From Chitinophagales bacterium (GTDB lineage: Bacteria; Bacteroidota; Bacteroidia; Chitinophagales; BACL12): a stretch of DNA of 64,000 bases. Each line of letters begins with the position of its first letter. The stretch's first letter is position 1. Below the pieces are notes generated by a model, which saw nothing but the letters and a program-made list of their open reading frames with translations, was not told where the DNA came from and did no database searches. Below are positions 45,369-55,200 of this stretch, piece by piece. The position numbers were made by a program, and so were the translations under genes. The stretch covers positions 2,946 through 66,945 of the forward strand of contig JBGAWP010000012.1 in assembly GCA_044227505.1 (NCBI GenBank). The letters run 5' to 3'.

Positions 45369-45442
45369 GCTAAGAGCGAAAGCCTCAATTTCCTTTCCCG
45401 GAAAAACCCAGTGAAGCTCTCGCTCTTAGCGAGGGTTTCACT
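45357..45442. other. twin inverted hairpins forming an ~86-bp imperfect palindrome between the two arrays
   Basis: Hairpin 1 pairs 45357-45371 with 45375-45389 (core TTCGCT-AAG-AGCGAA). Hairpin 2 pairs 45410-45424 with 45428-45442 (core CTCGCT-CTT-AGCGAG). The two are approximate reverse complements of each other, centred on TTTCCCGGAAA (45394-45404). Confidence 0.85.
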
Positions 45443-45615
45443 AACGGTAAACTGAAATAGCTTTCAATAACGGTAAACTGAAATAGGTTTTACTAACGGT
45501 AAACTGAAATAGGGTTCACTAACGGTAAACTGAAATAGCTTTCAATAACGGTAAACTGAAAAAGGTCTGACTTTTGGTAAATTGAAAAGAGCCTTACTTA
45601 TGGCAAACAGAAAAA
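45434..45615. repeat. tandem array B: 26-bp unit x 7
   Basis: Units start at 45434, 45460, 45486, 45512, 45538, 45564 and 45590. The consensus is GGTTTCACTAACGGTAAACTGAAATA. The last two units are degenerate. The array ends 8 nt before the stop codon of the minus-strand gene. Confidence 0.9.
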
Positions 45616-45622
45616 ATGTGTA

Positions 45623-47176
45623 TTAATACTTTATCCTCACCATACTCCTAAATTCCTCTGGAAGAAGAATTTCGGCTCCACCCTCATCATAAAAATTAAG
45701 TGCATATTCTCCACGTTCAAGTAATTCGTTCAGATCTGTATGTTTATTTAAAACATCTTCAATTTGAGAAACAATATTTCCTTTTGCATCTTTTATTGTA
45801 ACTTTTACAACTTCGTGTCCGCTCAATACCCTTTTCAGCTTTGGCAATTTATTGGCTCCGTTTACGATCCAGGCAGGAGCATTTGGATCAATATAATTAG
45901 CGGATAAGCTATCATTAGCGTCTTTTGCCGGTTTTGAATTATCAATAGTAACTGCGAGTGATTCATCAACAATAAATTTACCTGCAAAGGCTTTTTCATT
46001 TTCATCTGTTATCAGAAATTTATAAGTTCCTTTTTCGTTGATCTGAATTTCAAGTTGTTCTTGTTTTTTTTCCTTTTCATGATTATATACCACTATAGAA
46101 TCTTTAAGGATCACCATCCTGAAATTATCGCTGATATCAGTATATAAAATATCCTCCACAACAGTTTTATTAATGGAAATATGCATATAATTTAAATCTG
46201 CTAATAATGCCGCCTCACCCGGATTTTCCAAAAACCAAATTTTAGAAACAGGGTCTGTCTGCCAAAAATCTACAAGATCCTTCGATACTTTTTCAATTCC
46301 TGCTTCAGTGGGATGCACACCATCTGGTGAAACCAACGATGGAGTCCAGGAATAACCATCACTGCGGGGTTTTTCACCCTGTGTCCAGAAATAAGGTCCC
46401 CATAAAATAAGCGGTGCTACTGCATTTTCACCTTTGTAATTGAGTTCCTTATCTCCATTGATCTGATTTTCAATCAACCATTTACACGCCCATCCATTGA
46501 TATAAGCCTTTGGTTCCCTATGTTTATCTTTTCCGTCGGCAGGCATAAAATCGGTGGTATGTCTACCGGTAACATAAAATAATTTTAAGTTTGGATAATG
46601 TTTTTTACAAAACTGAACCATATAGGTAAAGTCATCTACCAATCCTTTACCGCGACCATCCAGATCGGTTTCTCTGGACTTTAAATTATCCTCCTGAAAC
46701 CAGATCACCTGCACTTGTTCCAGAGTCATTCCCGCAGCTTTTACCCGAGCATCTATCACCGACCAAAAATTCGCATTCGGATCCATAATATCACTCATAT
46801 CCTGCCCTCCTATTCCGCAGTTCACAAAATTTAATTCTTTATTGATAATATTGCTTTTTGGCAACATTTTTTCAATCCCTTTGCTGAACATTGCAACTGT
46901 GGAAGCTCCAAGTGCAACCAGTCCTATTTCTCCATTGACATTAGCATTTCCGTTTTTATCCAGAGGTTGAATTGATGAAGCCATCTGCACAGCATCATTA
47001 TAAAATTCTGGTGGCATAGTGTTGCTCCCGTTCGGATAAAGCCCCCCTTGGTGTCCCTTAAATGTCCCACTGCCTAATTCCGTTAGCGGAGGGAGTTGGC
47101 TCACATCATCACTTTGTGCTTTTGCAAACAAGGTAAAAAAGGTGGTAAAAATGGAGAGCATAATAATTCGTGTCAT
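45623..47176 (-). CDS. secreted protein with SGNH-hydrolase-like N-terminal domain
   Basis: 517 aa with signal peptide MLSIFTTFFTLFAKAQ. It has a block-I-like LGAST, a block-II-like CGIGGQ, and the block-V-like DGVHPTEAG. The C-terminal ~180 aa is of unknown function. Confidence 0.45.
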   Translation of the reverse strand: MTRIIMLSIFTTFFTLFAKAQSDDVSQLPPLTELGSGTFKGHQGGLYPNGSNTMPPEFYNDAVQMASSIQPLDKNGNANVNGEIGLVALGASTVAMFSKGIEKMLPKSNIINKELNFVNCGIGGQDMSDIMDPNANFWSVIDARVKAAGMTLEQVQVIWFQEDNLKSRETDLDGRGKGLVDDFTYMVQFCKKHYPNLKLFYVTGRHTTDFMPADGKDKHREPKAYINGWACKWLIENQINGDKELNYKGENAVAPLILWGPYFWTQGEKPRSDGYSWTPSLVSPDGVHPTEAGIEKVSKDLVDFWQTDPVSKIWFLENPGEAALLADLNYMHISINKTVVEDILYTDISDNFRMVILKDSIVVYNHEKEKKQEQLEIQINEKGTYKFLITDENEKAFAGKFIVDESLAVTIDNSKPAKDANDSLSANYIDPNAPAWIVNGANKLPKLKRVLSGHEVVKVTIKDAKGNIVSQIEDVLNKHTDLNELLERGEYALNFYDEGGAEILLPEEFRSMVRIKY

Positions 47177-47258
47177 AATTTGGGAGTTATTTATTTATAA
47201 TTTTACAAATATCATACCTTTAAACTAAATATTTACGTTTCTAAGCAATTCTTCATAT

Positions 47259-48434
47259 ATGCATAAATTTGCCATAACAGGTATCTGCCTTATCCTAATC
47301 TGTATTTTAAAGTTTTCAGTATTTGTATATGGACAAAACATGTTGGGTTATTCTGATCCCCAGGGCAATTTTTATGTAAACGATGGCGGCAAAATAGTGC
47401 ATCTGGAACATCAGCAGGTTAATTCTGTTCAATATGCCTCTAATAGTATTGCCTATGTTTCAAATACCGGTAACCTCATATACTACAGCAACCACGAAAT
47501 AAAAAAACTGGATATTTCCAATCCGGCATTTTACAAGAATACTGACCACTACCTGTACTATAGCATGGGTGGGAGTTTTTCCGTTTATAATGGTTCAGAA
47601 AGAAAGTTTTTAGGATATATTCAACAAAGTCCATTTGCTTTTGGAGATAGTATTGCTGCTTTTCATGATTATTCTGATTATTTCTATGCTTATGAGGATG
47701 AACGGTTTATTGAACTCGAAAAAAATCCGGCGAAAAAAGTTATTGCAGGAAAAAATGTGATCGCGTATGTAAATCACCTCAACCAATTTAAAATTTATTA
47801 TGAACATGAAAAAATTGATATTGATGATTACATTCCAAAAAAAGTAAAAACCGGCGCAAATACTGTTGCATTTATCGACAGCTATAATTATCTGAAAATA
47901 TTTTATAAAGGCACCATTTACGAAATGTTTAATATTCCCGAGATCATGTGTCTCGAAATACCCGGTGGAGTTAATGATGATGGTGTTGAGGATTATTGCA
48001 ACGGAGAAACTGTTCACGATATGCAAAGCGGACTTCCGGTTTTTTTAGCAGGTGATGATATTGTTGCTTTTATTGATGACACAGAAACTTTTCAGGTTTT
48101 TTTCGATGGGAAAACGGTTGTTTTAGAAAATCAAGCCCCTTTATATTATGAAGTGGTTGATAATATTTTGTGGTATATCGATAATAACAATTATTTCAAA
48201 GTTTTCAGTAATGGCAATTTATCAGTGGTGGAAACTTTTTATCCGGAAAAAATTAAAGCAGACAAAGATATAGTTGTATATACTGATCTTGACAAACGGC
48301 TTAAGACCTTTTACAAAGGGGAGGCTATTTCTGTATCGAATAATATTGTTTTGGGTTTTGAGGTAAATAATAATTTGATCATGTATAATGATATTCCGAA
48401 TAAATATAAATTCTTTTCTCCGGAACAACAATGA
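47259..48434 (+). CDS. secreted repeat protein of unknown function
   Basis: 391 aa with a signal peptide. It has at least 8 repeats of a ~35-40-aa motif (..I(A/V)(Y/F)(V/I)(D/N)....(F/L)(K/Q)(I/V)(F/Y)(Y/F).G..). The stop overlaps the pbpC start (ATGA at 48431). Confidence 0.5.
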   Translation: MHKFAITGICLILICILKFSVFVYGQNMLGYSDPQGNFYVNDGGKIVHLEHQQVNSVQYASNSIAYVSNTGNLIYYSNHEIKKLDISNPAFYKNTDHYLYYSMGGSFSVYNGSERKFLGYIQQSPFAFGDSIAAFHDYSDYFYAYEDERFIELEKNPAKKVIAGKNVIAYVNHLNQFKIYYEHEKIDIDDYIPKKVKTGANTVAFIDSYNYLKIFYKGTIYEMFNIPEIMCLEIPGGVNDDGVEDYCNGETVHDMQSGLPVFLAGDDIVAFIDDTETFQVFFDGKTVVLENQAPLYYEVVDNILWYIDNNNYFKVFSNGNLSVVETFYPEKIKADKDIVVYTDLDKRLKTFYKGEAISVSNNIVLGFEVNNNLIMYNDIPNKYKFFSPEQQ

Positions 48435-50791
48435 GTGCCAGTTCAAAAATTCACACAACAATTTTATATGTTCATACTGCTTTTGAAAAATTCAGATTTC
48501 TCCGGATTTTAAAAAAGGTGCTAAAAGGATTTTTATTTTTTCTGCTATTTTATTTTGCACTCAACTTATTCTTTCCCTTACGCGTTGAAATTGAATACTC
48601 CCAAATTGTAACAGCAGACGATGGCAGCGTTTTACATGCTTTTTTAACTTCCGACGATAAATGGCGAATGCTCACAGAACTGGAGGAGATAACTCCCGAT
48701 ATGCAAAACGCAATTGTATTTAAGGAGGATAAATATTTTTATCGTCATCCCGGAGTAAATCCTGCTTCCATTGCGCGGGCGCTTTTTAATAATATAACAT
48801 CCGGCAACAGAACTTCCGGTGCGTCTACTATTTCCATGCAAGTAGCCCGATTACTTGATCCAAAACAAAGGACCTATGGAAATAAATTAATTGAAATGTT
48901 TCGTGCCTTACAACTGGATATGTTGTATTCAAAACAGGAAATATTACAAATGTATTTAAATTTAGTGCCTTATGGAGGAAATATTGAAGGTGTAAAAGCA
49001 GCATCCGTTCTTTATCTTGAAAAAACACCCTCCGTATTAAGTCTTGCAGAACTCACGGCATTATCTATTATTCCAAACCGCCCAACATCCCTCCGACCCG
49101 GAGTGAATAATGATGTGATCATTAAAGAAAGAAATAAATGGCTGGAACGATTCAGAGATGCAAAATTATTTCCGGAAGAAATTATTGATGATGCATTAGT
49201 GGAACCATTCACTGCCTTCAGAACACAAGGCCCTGAGGTAGCAAGACATTTTTGCACTCGGATGAAATTTCAATATCCGGGTGAAGCGATCGTAAAATCA
49301 ACTTTAAATACTGAGATACAATTAAAATCAGAAAAAATACTTTCCGACTATATCAAACAACTTTGGGGTTTCGACATCCACAATGGTGCAGCAATTATTA
49401 TTGATAACAGAACACATCAAATTACTGCTTATGTAGGCTCTGCCGATTTTTTTAATACTGCGGATGGAGGGCAGGTGGATGGAGTGCAGGCAGTTCGGTC
49501 ACCGGGTAGCACTTTAAAACCTTTAGTTTATGCTATGGCCTTTGATGAAGGCATTTCAACCCCCCATTCCATCATCGCCGATGTTCCTGTAAATTATTCA
49601 GGATACAGTCCTGAAAATTATGATGAAGATTACCACGGCAATGTGAATGTTGAATTTGCGTTATCACATTCGTTAAATATACCTGCGGTAAAAACTTTAA
49701 ATCAAATTGGATTGGATAAGTTTATCAGCACCTTAGTTACAAGTAATTTCCGAACTATTGAGAAAAAGAGAAATGACCTTGGTTTATCTGTTGCATTAGG
49801 TGGCTGCGGTGTTACATTGGAACAACTAACCCGTTTATATGCAAGTTTCGCAAACGAAGGGAAATACCAACATATCAAATGGTTGCAAAACGACATAGAC
49901 AGCACCTACGTTTCTTTAATTTCTCCGGAAGCTGCTTTCATGACCACGGAAATACTTACGCAGTTAACCAGACCGGATCTGCCGAATTACTATCAGAATG
50001 CAAAAAACGTTCCGCTCATTGCATGGAAAACAGGAACATCTTATGGAAGAAAAGATGCATGGAGTATTGGATATAATAATAATTACACAATAGGTGTTTG
50101 GGTGGGAAATTTTTCCGGGAAAGGAGTGCCTGAATTAACAGGGGCCAATATTGCCACTCCATTATTATTTAATTTATTTAATGCAATAGAAAGTGAAAAT
50201 AATAAAGATTGGAACAAAATGCCCGAACAAGTTGACTTTAGATACGTTTGTTCAGAAACGGGAAAAAATCCAAACGATTTTTGCACGAACGTAGTATTAG
50301 ATTATTTTATTCCGGGTGTTTCTAAAAATGAAACATGCGACCATTTATTGCGGGTTAAAATAGCCGAAGATGAATCTTTTAGTTACTGCACCAGCTGTTT
50401 ACCTGAATCAGGTTATATGGAAAAATATTATCATCATTATGCACCTGAAATTATTACCTGGATGCAAACTAAAAACATCCCTGTCGAACTTATTCCGCCG
50501 CACAATCCTGATTGTGAAAGAATTTTTGCCGAAGGCGCTCCAACAATAAATTCACCGGTAAACAATCTTGAATATTTTATTGATAAAACGGACAAGCAAA
50601 AAATAATGTTATCTGCAAATGTAGCTTCGGATGTTAAAAAAGTTTTCTGGTATATTAACGATAAGTTATTAACGCAGGCTGATTCAAAATCTCCGGTATT
50701 TTATGAACCGGAAGAAGGAAAAATAAAGATCAGTTGCAGTGATGATAAAGGAAGAAATACGAATATTGAAATTGAGGTGGTTTTTTTCTGA
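48431..50791 (+). CDS. pbpC: penicillin-binding protein 1C (bifunctional transglycosylase/transpeptidase)
   Basis: 786 aa. The GT51 motifs are EDKYFYRHPGVNP and GASTISMQVARL. The transpeptidase motifs are SPGSTLKP (SxxK), SHSLN (SxN) and KTGTS, and a PBP1C-type C-terminal domain follows. Confidence 0.9.
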   Translation: MSASSKIHTTILYVHTAFEKFRFLRILKKVLKGFLFFLLFYFALNLFFPLRVEIEYSQIVTADDGSVLHAFLTSDDKWRMLTELEEITPDMQNAIVFKEDKYFYRHPGVNPASIARALFNNITSGNRTSGASTISMQVARLLDPKQRTYGNKLIEMFRALQLDMLYSKQEILQMYLNLVPYGGNIEGVKAASVLYLEKTPSVLSLAELTALSIIPNRPTSLRPGVNNDVIIKERNKWLERFRDAKLFPEEIIDDALVEPFTAFRTQGPEVARHFCTRMKFQYPGEAIVKSTLNTEIQLKSEKILSDYIKQLWGFDIHNGAAIIIDNRTHQITAYVGSADFFNTADGGQVDGVQAVRSPGSTLKPLVYAMAFDEGISTPHSIIADVPVNYSGYSPENYDEDYHGNVNVEFALSHSLNIPAVKTLNQIGLDKFISTLVTSNFRTIEKKRNDLGLSVALGGCGVTLEQLTRLYASFANEGKYQHIKWLQNDIDSTYVSLISPEAAFMTTEILTQLTRPDLPNYYQNAKNVPLIAWKTGTSYGRKDAWSIGYNNNYTIGVWVGNFSGKGVPELTGANIATPLLFNLFNAIESENNKDWNKMPEQVDFRYVCSETGKNPNDFCTNVVLDYFIPGVSKNETCDHLLRVKIAEDESFSYCTSCLPESGYMEKYYHHYAPEIITWMQTKNIPVELIPPHNPDCERIFAEGAPTINSPVNNLEYFIDKTDKQKIMLSANVASDVKKVFWYINDKLLTQADSKSPVFYEPEEGKIKISCSDDKGRNTNIEIEVVFF

Positions 50792-50827
50792 TTAATTTTA
50801 TATCAGTTCAAAAGATAATAAAATTCC

Positions 50828-50866
50828 AAAAAAAAACCTTCCATAAAAATGGAAGGTTTTTTTTTT
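50828..50866. terminator. bidirectional rho-independent terminator
   Basis: AACCTTCC / GGAAGGTT is the stem, flanked by an A-run on the left and a T-run on the right. It lies between the convergent pbpC and susD-like genes. Confidence 0.8.
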
Positions 50867-50881
50867 AAAATTCTAATTAAT

Positions 50882-52270
50882 TTATTCCTCAAACCAAACA
50901 GGTCTTAAAATATCTGAAACAACTTGTGCATTCGAATTATAAAGACGTTCGTCGATACAAGTAGGAAATCTGCGTGGTATACCTGCAACCAAACCATCAG
51001 GATTTGGGCTTATTGCCGGAAGTTCTGTGCGTCGCCAATCCGACCAAACTTCACATTGAGAAAACATCGCAATATATTTTTGCGTCATGATCTTATCCAA
51101 TGATATTGTTCCTGCAGTTTCGCTTGCATTTGCAGCTTCGTATGCAATATCAGGAGCACCAACTGTAGCTAAAATATTTGCCTTTACTGCATTATTATGT
51201 GAAGTTGCTGCACCTGCAAGATCACCTAAACGGAATTTTGCTTCAGCTTCAATAAATAACATTTCGTACCAGGTTAAAAGCGGAAGAGGGGCATTATCTG
51301 TGGCATATAACGGTCCCATATCAGATGCATTAAAATTCTCTCCATTATTTGGAACACCTAAATAAATCAGATCAGGATTTAAAGTGGCATATAAAGGTAA
51401 ACGAGGATCGTTGCTGGCCAACATTAAATTGATAAAGAATTCGCCCATTTTAATATAACCTGCTCTTGTTGTATTAAATGAATTCCATGGATTTAATTCA
51501 TTTCCGTTTACACCAAAAATTGCATACGTGTTATCACCATTGGATGCAACACCTGAAGCAGCAATTGCTGCAAGCGCATCATTAGCAGAACCAGTTGCAT
51601 CTTTTTGACTTAATCGGTTTGCATATCTTGCTTTTAACATATAAGCAGCTTTCATCCATAAAGAAACATCTCCGTTATGAATAAAATCATCAGCACCCGG
51701 CAATAATGCATTACTTGTTGCAGGAGCGGAAAGATCGGTAATAGCAGCATCCAACTGACCCTGCATTGCAGCGTAGATAGCTTCCTGTGAATCGTATTCA
51801 GGATTCAGATTTGCTTCACCACCTTCTAAACCATTTAATGCTGCAGAATATGGAACATCTCCCCATATATCTGTAGTTAAACCAATGGTCATCACTTTAA
51901 GAATAGTAGCAATTCCACGATAATATGGATTTTCATCACCTGCAACATTAATTAATTCCTGTTGATTAATTAACGCATCAGCATAAACAGTTTTCCATTC
52001 ATTTGTATTCGTTTGTTCCGTGATCTTATAATCGCGAATATCTATCATTTGAAAACTATTTCCAGCCGATTGTTGTGTTAAAATTGAGCTTGTTCTGGAT
52101 AGCTGCCCGGTATACAATGACTGCATTGCAACTTCAGAAACCGTTAGCAATAAAGCCGGCGTAACTTCAGTAGGGCTGTTTGGTGAATCTGACACTTCGT
52201 CTATCCATCCGCTACATCCTGAATTAAACAGGATAACCGGAATTGTCAGTATTAAAAGAATCTTTTTCAT
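50882..52270 (-). CDS. SusD/RagB family nutrient-binding outer-membrane lipoprotein
   Basis: The start is moved to the ATG at 52270, giving MKKILLILTIPVILFNSGC (lipobox). It has a TPR-like helical SusD pattern (AYMLKARYANRL, EAEAKFRLGD) and lies directly downstream of the SusC-like gene. Confidence 0.85.
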   Translation of the reverse strand: MKKILLILTIPVILFNSGCSGWIDEVSDSPNSPTEVTPALLLTVSEVAMQSLYTGQLSRTSSILTQQSAGNSFQMIDIRDYKITEQTNTNEWKTVYADALINQQELINVAGDENPYYRGIATILKVMTIGLTTDIWGDVPYSAALNGLEGGEANLNPEYDSQEAIYAAMQGQLDAAITDLSAPATSNALLPGADDFIHNGDVSLWMKAAYMLKARYANRLSQKDATGSANDALAAIAASGVASNGDNTYAIFGVNGNELNPWNSFNTTRAGYIKMGEFFINLMLASNDPRLPLYATLNPDLIYLGVPNNGENFNASDMGPLYATDNAPLPLLTWYEMLFIEAEAKFRLGDLAGAATSHNNAVKANILATVGAPDIAYEAANASETAGTISLDKIMTQKYIAMFSQCEVWSDWRRTELPAISPNPDGLVAGIPRRFPTCIDERLYNSNAQVVSDILRPVWFEE

Positions 52271-52289
52271 ATTAAATATTTTTATAGTT

Positions 52290-55200
52290 TTAGAATGCAG
52301 CACTTAGGGTGAAAATATATGATTTAGTGCTTGGATTATTAAACCAGTCGAAACCGGCAATATTTGAACCTGCTCCGGTTAAACTTGTTTCAGGGTCAAC
52401 ACCCGGGTAATCAGTTTTTAACCAAAGATTTCTACCTGTTGCTGAAAGTGTTAATCCCTTTATAACACTTTTAGGAGCAAGTGTAAATTGATAACTCAAT
52501 TTAGCCTCGCGTAAACGAACCCATCCTCCGTCAAAAATTGCCTGTGAGGATGCTCCGTTATCTCCTAAATAATTGCTCCAATAATCAATAGGTGAAATTT
52601 CTGTTGTATTTGGAATATAAGATCCATCAGCCTGCTCAACAACTCCTTCAATCACATAAGTATGATCTCTTTCTGCAGATTCTTCTGAGATACCAATACG
52701 GTTCATACGAGCACCTGTTCCATACCATATATCACCACCTTTTCTGATATCCAACAATCCACTAAGTGTAAATCCTTTATAGGTAACACCAGTATTAATA
52801 TTCATTAACCAATCCGGATATGGATCTCCAATTACACCACTTACCGTATCAAAAATCGGAAGTCCATTATTATCAATTAAAAGGTCTCCATCAGGACTAT
52901 ACGCCCACTGAGATCCATATAATAAACCATAAGGCTGACCTTCAATTACATAAGCACCAGGATCACCAAAACCAGCTTCTATTTCAATTTCATCCACACC
53001 TTCTGCCAATGCTGTTACCTCATTTTCATTTTTACTGAAGTTACCACCTAAATTCCAAGTGATGTTTTTGGTTTTAACGATATCTGCATTTAATGAAAGT
53101 TCAATTCCTTTATTTGTCATTGCACCTGCATTGTTATATACATAAGAGAATCCTGAAGTAGAAGCGATCGGTTGTGTCAATAATATATCTTCAGAATTTT
53201 GGATATAATATGCAGCATCAAGATCTATTCTTCCTTTCCAGAATTTTAATTCCAATCCAAATTCAGTTCCTGTTAATCTTTCCGGTTTAAGATCAGGATT
53301 ACCAAGTGTATTTAACTGACTATAACCAAAACCTGATTGACCTAAATATGGGAAACTATAACCATCAGTAAATCCATCAGTATAAAGTGGAGATATAAAA
53401 TAAGTGTTTGCACTATAAGGCTGTGGTTCAATACCTGCCTGAGCATATGCAAAACGCACTTTACCAAAGGAGAAAATATTATTTGTATTCATTATTTCGC
53501 TGAATACGAATGCTATGTTTGCAGAAGGGAAAAATGCACTTCCCTGATTTGGTCCATAAGTAGAAGACCATTCGTTTCTTCCTGATAATGTTAAGAATAA
53601 GAAACTTTGATATTCAAATGCCAATTCACCAAAAAGTGCAGCATTTCTTTGCTGTGTGGTCAATTGACTTGAATACAGATCAGATGCATTGGAAAGATTA
53701 TAAAAATCAGGTATCGTTAAGTCACGACCACGACTATATAAATTGGAAATATCTATGTCTGTTAAGTTATTACCTAATGTTACAGACATATTAAAATCTT
53801 CTGTTATATTTTTTGTGGCTGTAGCGATTAAATCGCTATAGATCTGACGATAACGAATTGAATTCTCCTCAATTTGTCCACCGGGTGCATTTGCAGGATC
53901 GTTGCTGCCAATTGAAAATATTTGTTTGCGCAAATCAGTATAAGAATCAGCACCAACTCTATAAGTAACGGTAACCCAATTCCATGGTGTATAAACAGCA
54001 GATACATTGCTTATCAATCTGTTTGTATTATCAGTATAAGGATTATTATATGCTGTCCAATATGGATTATCATAAGCACTAAAATAATTTCTGTTTGCTC
54101 CACTTGGATATTCATATCCGGCTCCTAGATCATAACTGGAAGGTGTGCGCATTAAACTCAGCATTACACCTGATAAGTTACTACCATTTTGTGCTCTGTT
54201 TCCCTGACTATTAATATAATTCGCATCAACAGCGATTTTAAATTTTTCGAAAATGCGCATGTCAGAATTAACGCGAATGGAATTTCTGTCGAAACTTGTA
54301 TTTGGAATAATACCGTTATCCTGCGAATTTCCAATAGAAAGACGAAGTGATCCACGATCTGTACCTCCGCTTATTGCAAGATTATTATTATAGGTCATTC
54401 CATTTTGAAAGAATTCTCCTGCATTATCCACAGGTGAGATTCCTAAAGTGCTGTTTAGTGGTCCCCAGCTATTTGGAGTTCCACCTGAAACATCATCATC
54501 AGTATCCCACAAATAATCCGGACCCGGATCTGCTTCTACAAAATCTCCTTCCGGTTCTATAATATCATCATCATTAAAATCTCCACCACCAGTTCCCTGC
54601 GCATATTGATCTTGTTGAGCTGGTAATTTATTCACCTGGCTTATTTCCAAAGAAGAAGAAAAATTAATATGAACAGCTTTATCGCCGGCCTTATTGCCTC
54701 TTTTTGTGGTGATAATGATAGCACCTGATCCTGCACGTGAACCATACAGAGCAGCAGCCGCAGGTCCTTTTAATATATTGATACTTTCAATATCATCCGG
54801 ATTAACATCAATAGCTCTGTTTGAATTGCTAACGCCATTCAAATTCGCATTAAACGGATAATCACCCGCAACAGTTGAATTAGTTGAGTTGTCAATTGGA
54901 ACTCCATCTATAACCACCAAAGGTTGGTTTTCATTGGTAAATGTACTTGGCCCGCGAATGATGATCTTACTGGATGCTCCAGGAGTTCCTGCAGCACCAA
55001 CTACCTGAACACCGGCAGCTTTTGCAGATAAACCCTCAATAAAGTTTTCTTCTCCGGAACTCGCCAATCTGTCGCCACCAACTTGCTGAGTGCTATAACC
55101 AAGAGAAAGTTTTTCCTTGGAAATACCCAACGCTGTTACCACCACAGTTTCAAGACCAAGAATATCTTCCTCCAGAGCAACATTGATCACATTTCTTGCT

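Noticed and set aside
45241-45615. Possible CRISPR array (regularly spaced 26-28-bp repeats)
   Set aside because: The repeats are strictly head to tail and the period equals the repeat length, so there are no unique spacers. Two different units are involved. No cas genes or leader are present in the window.
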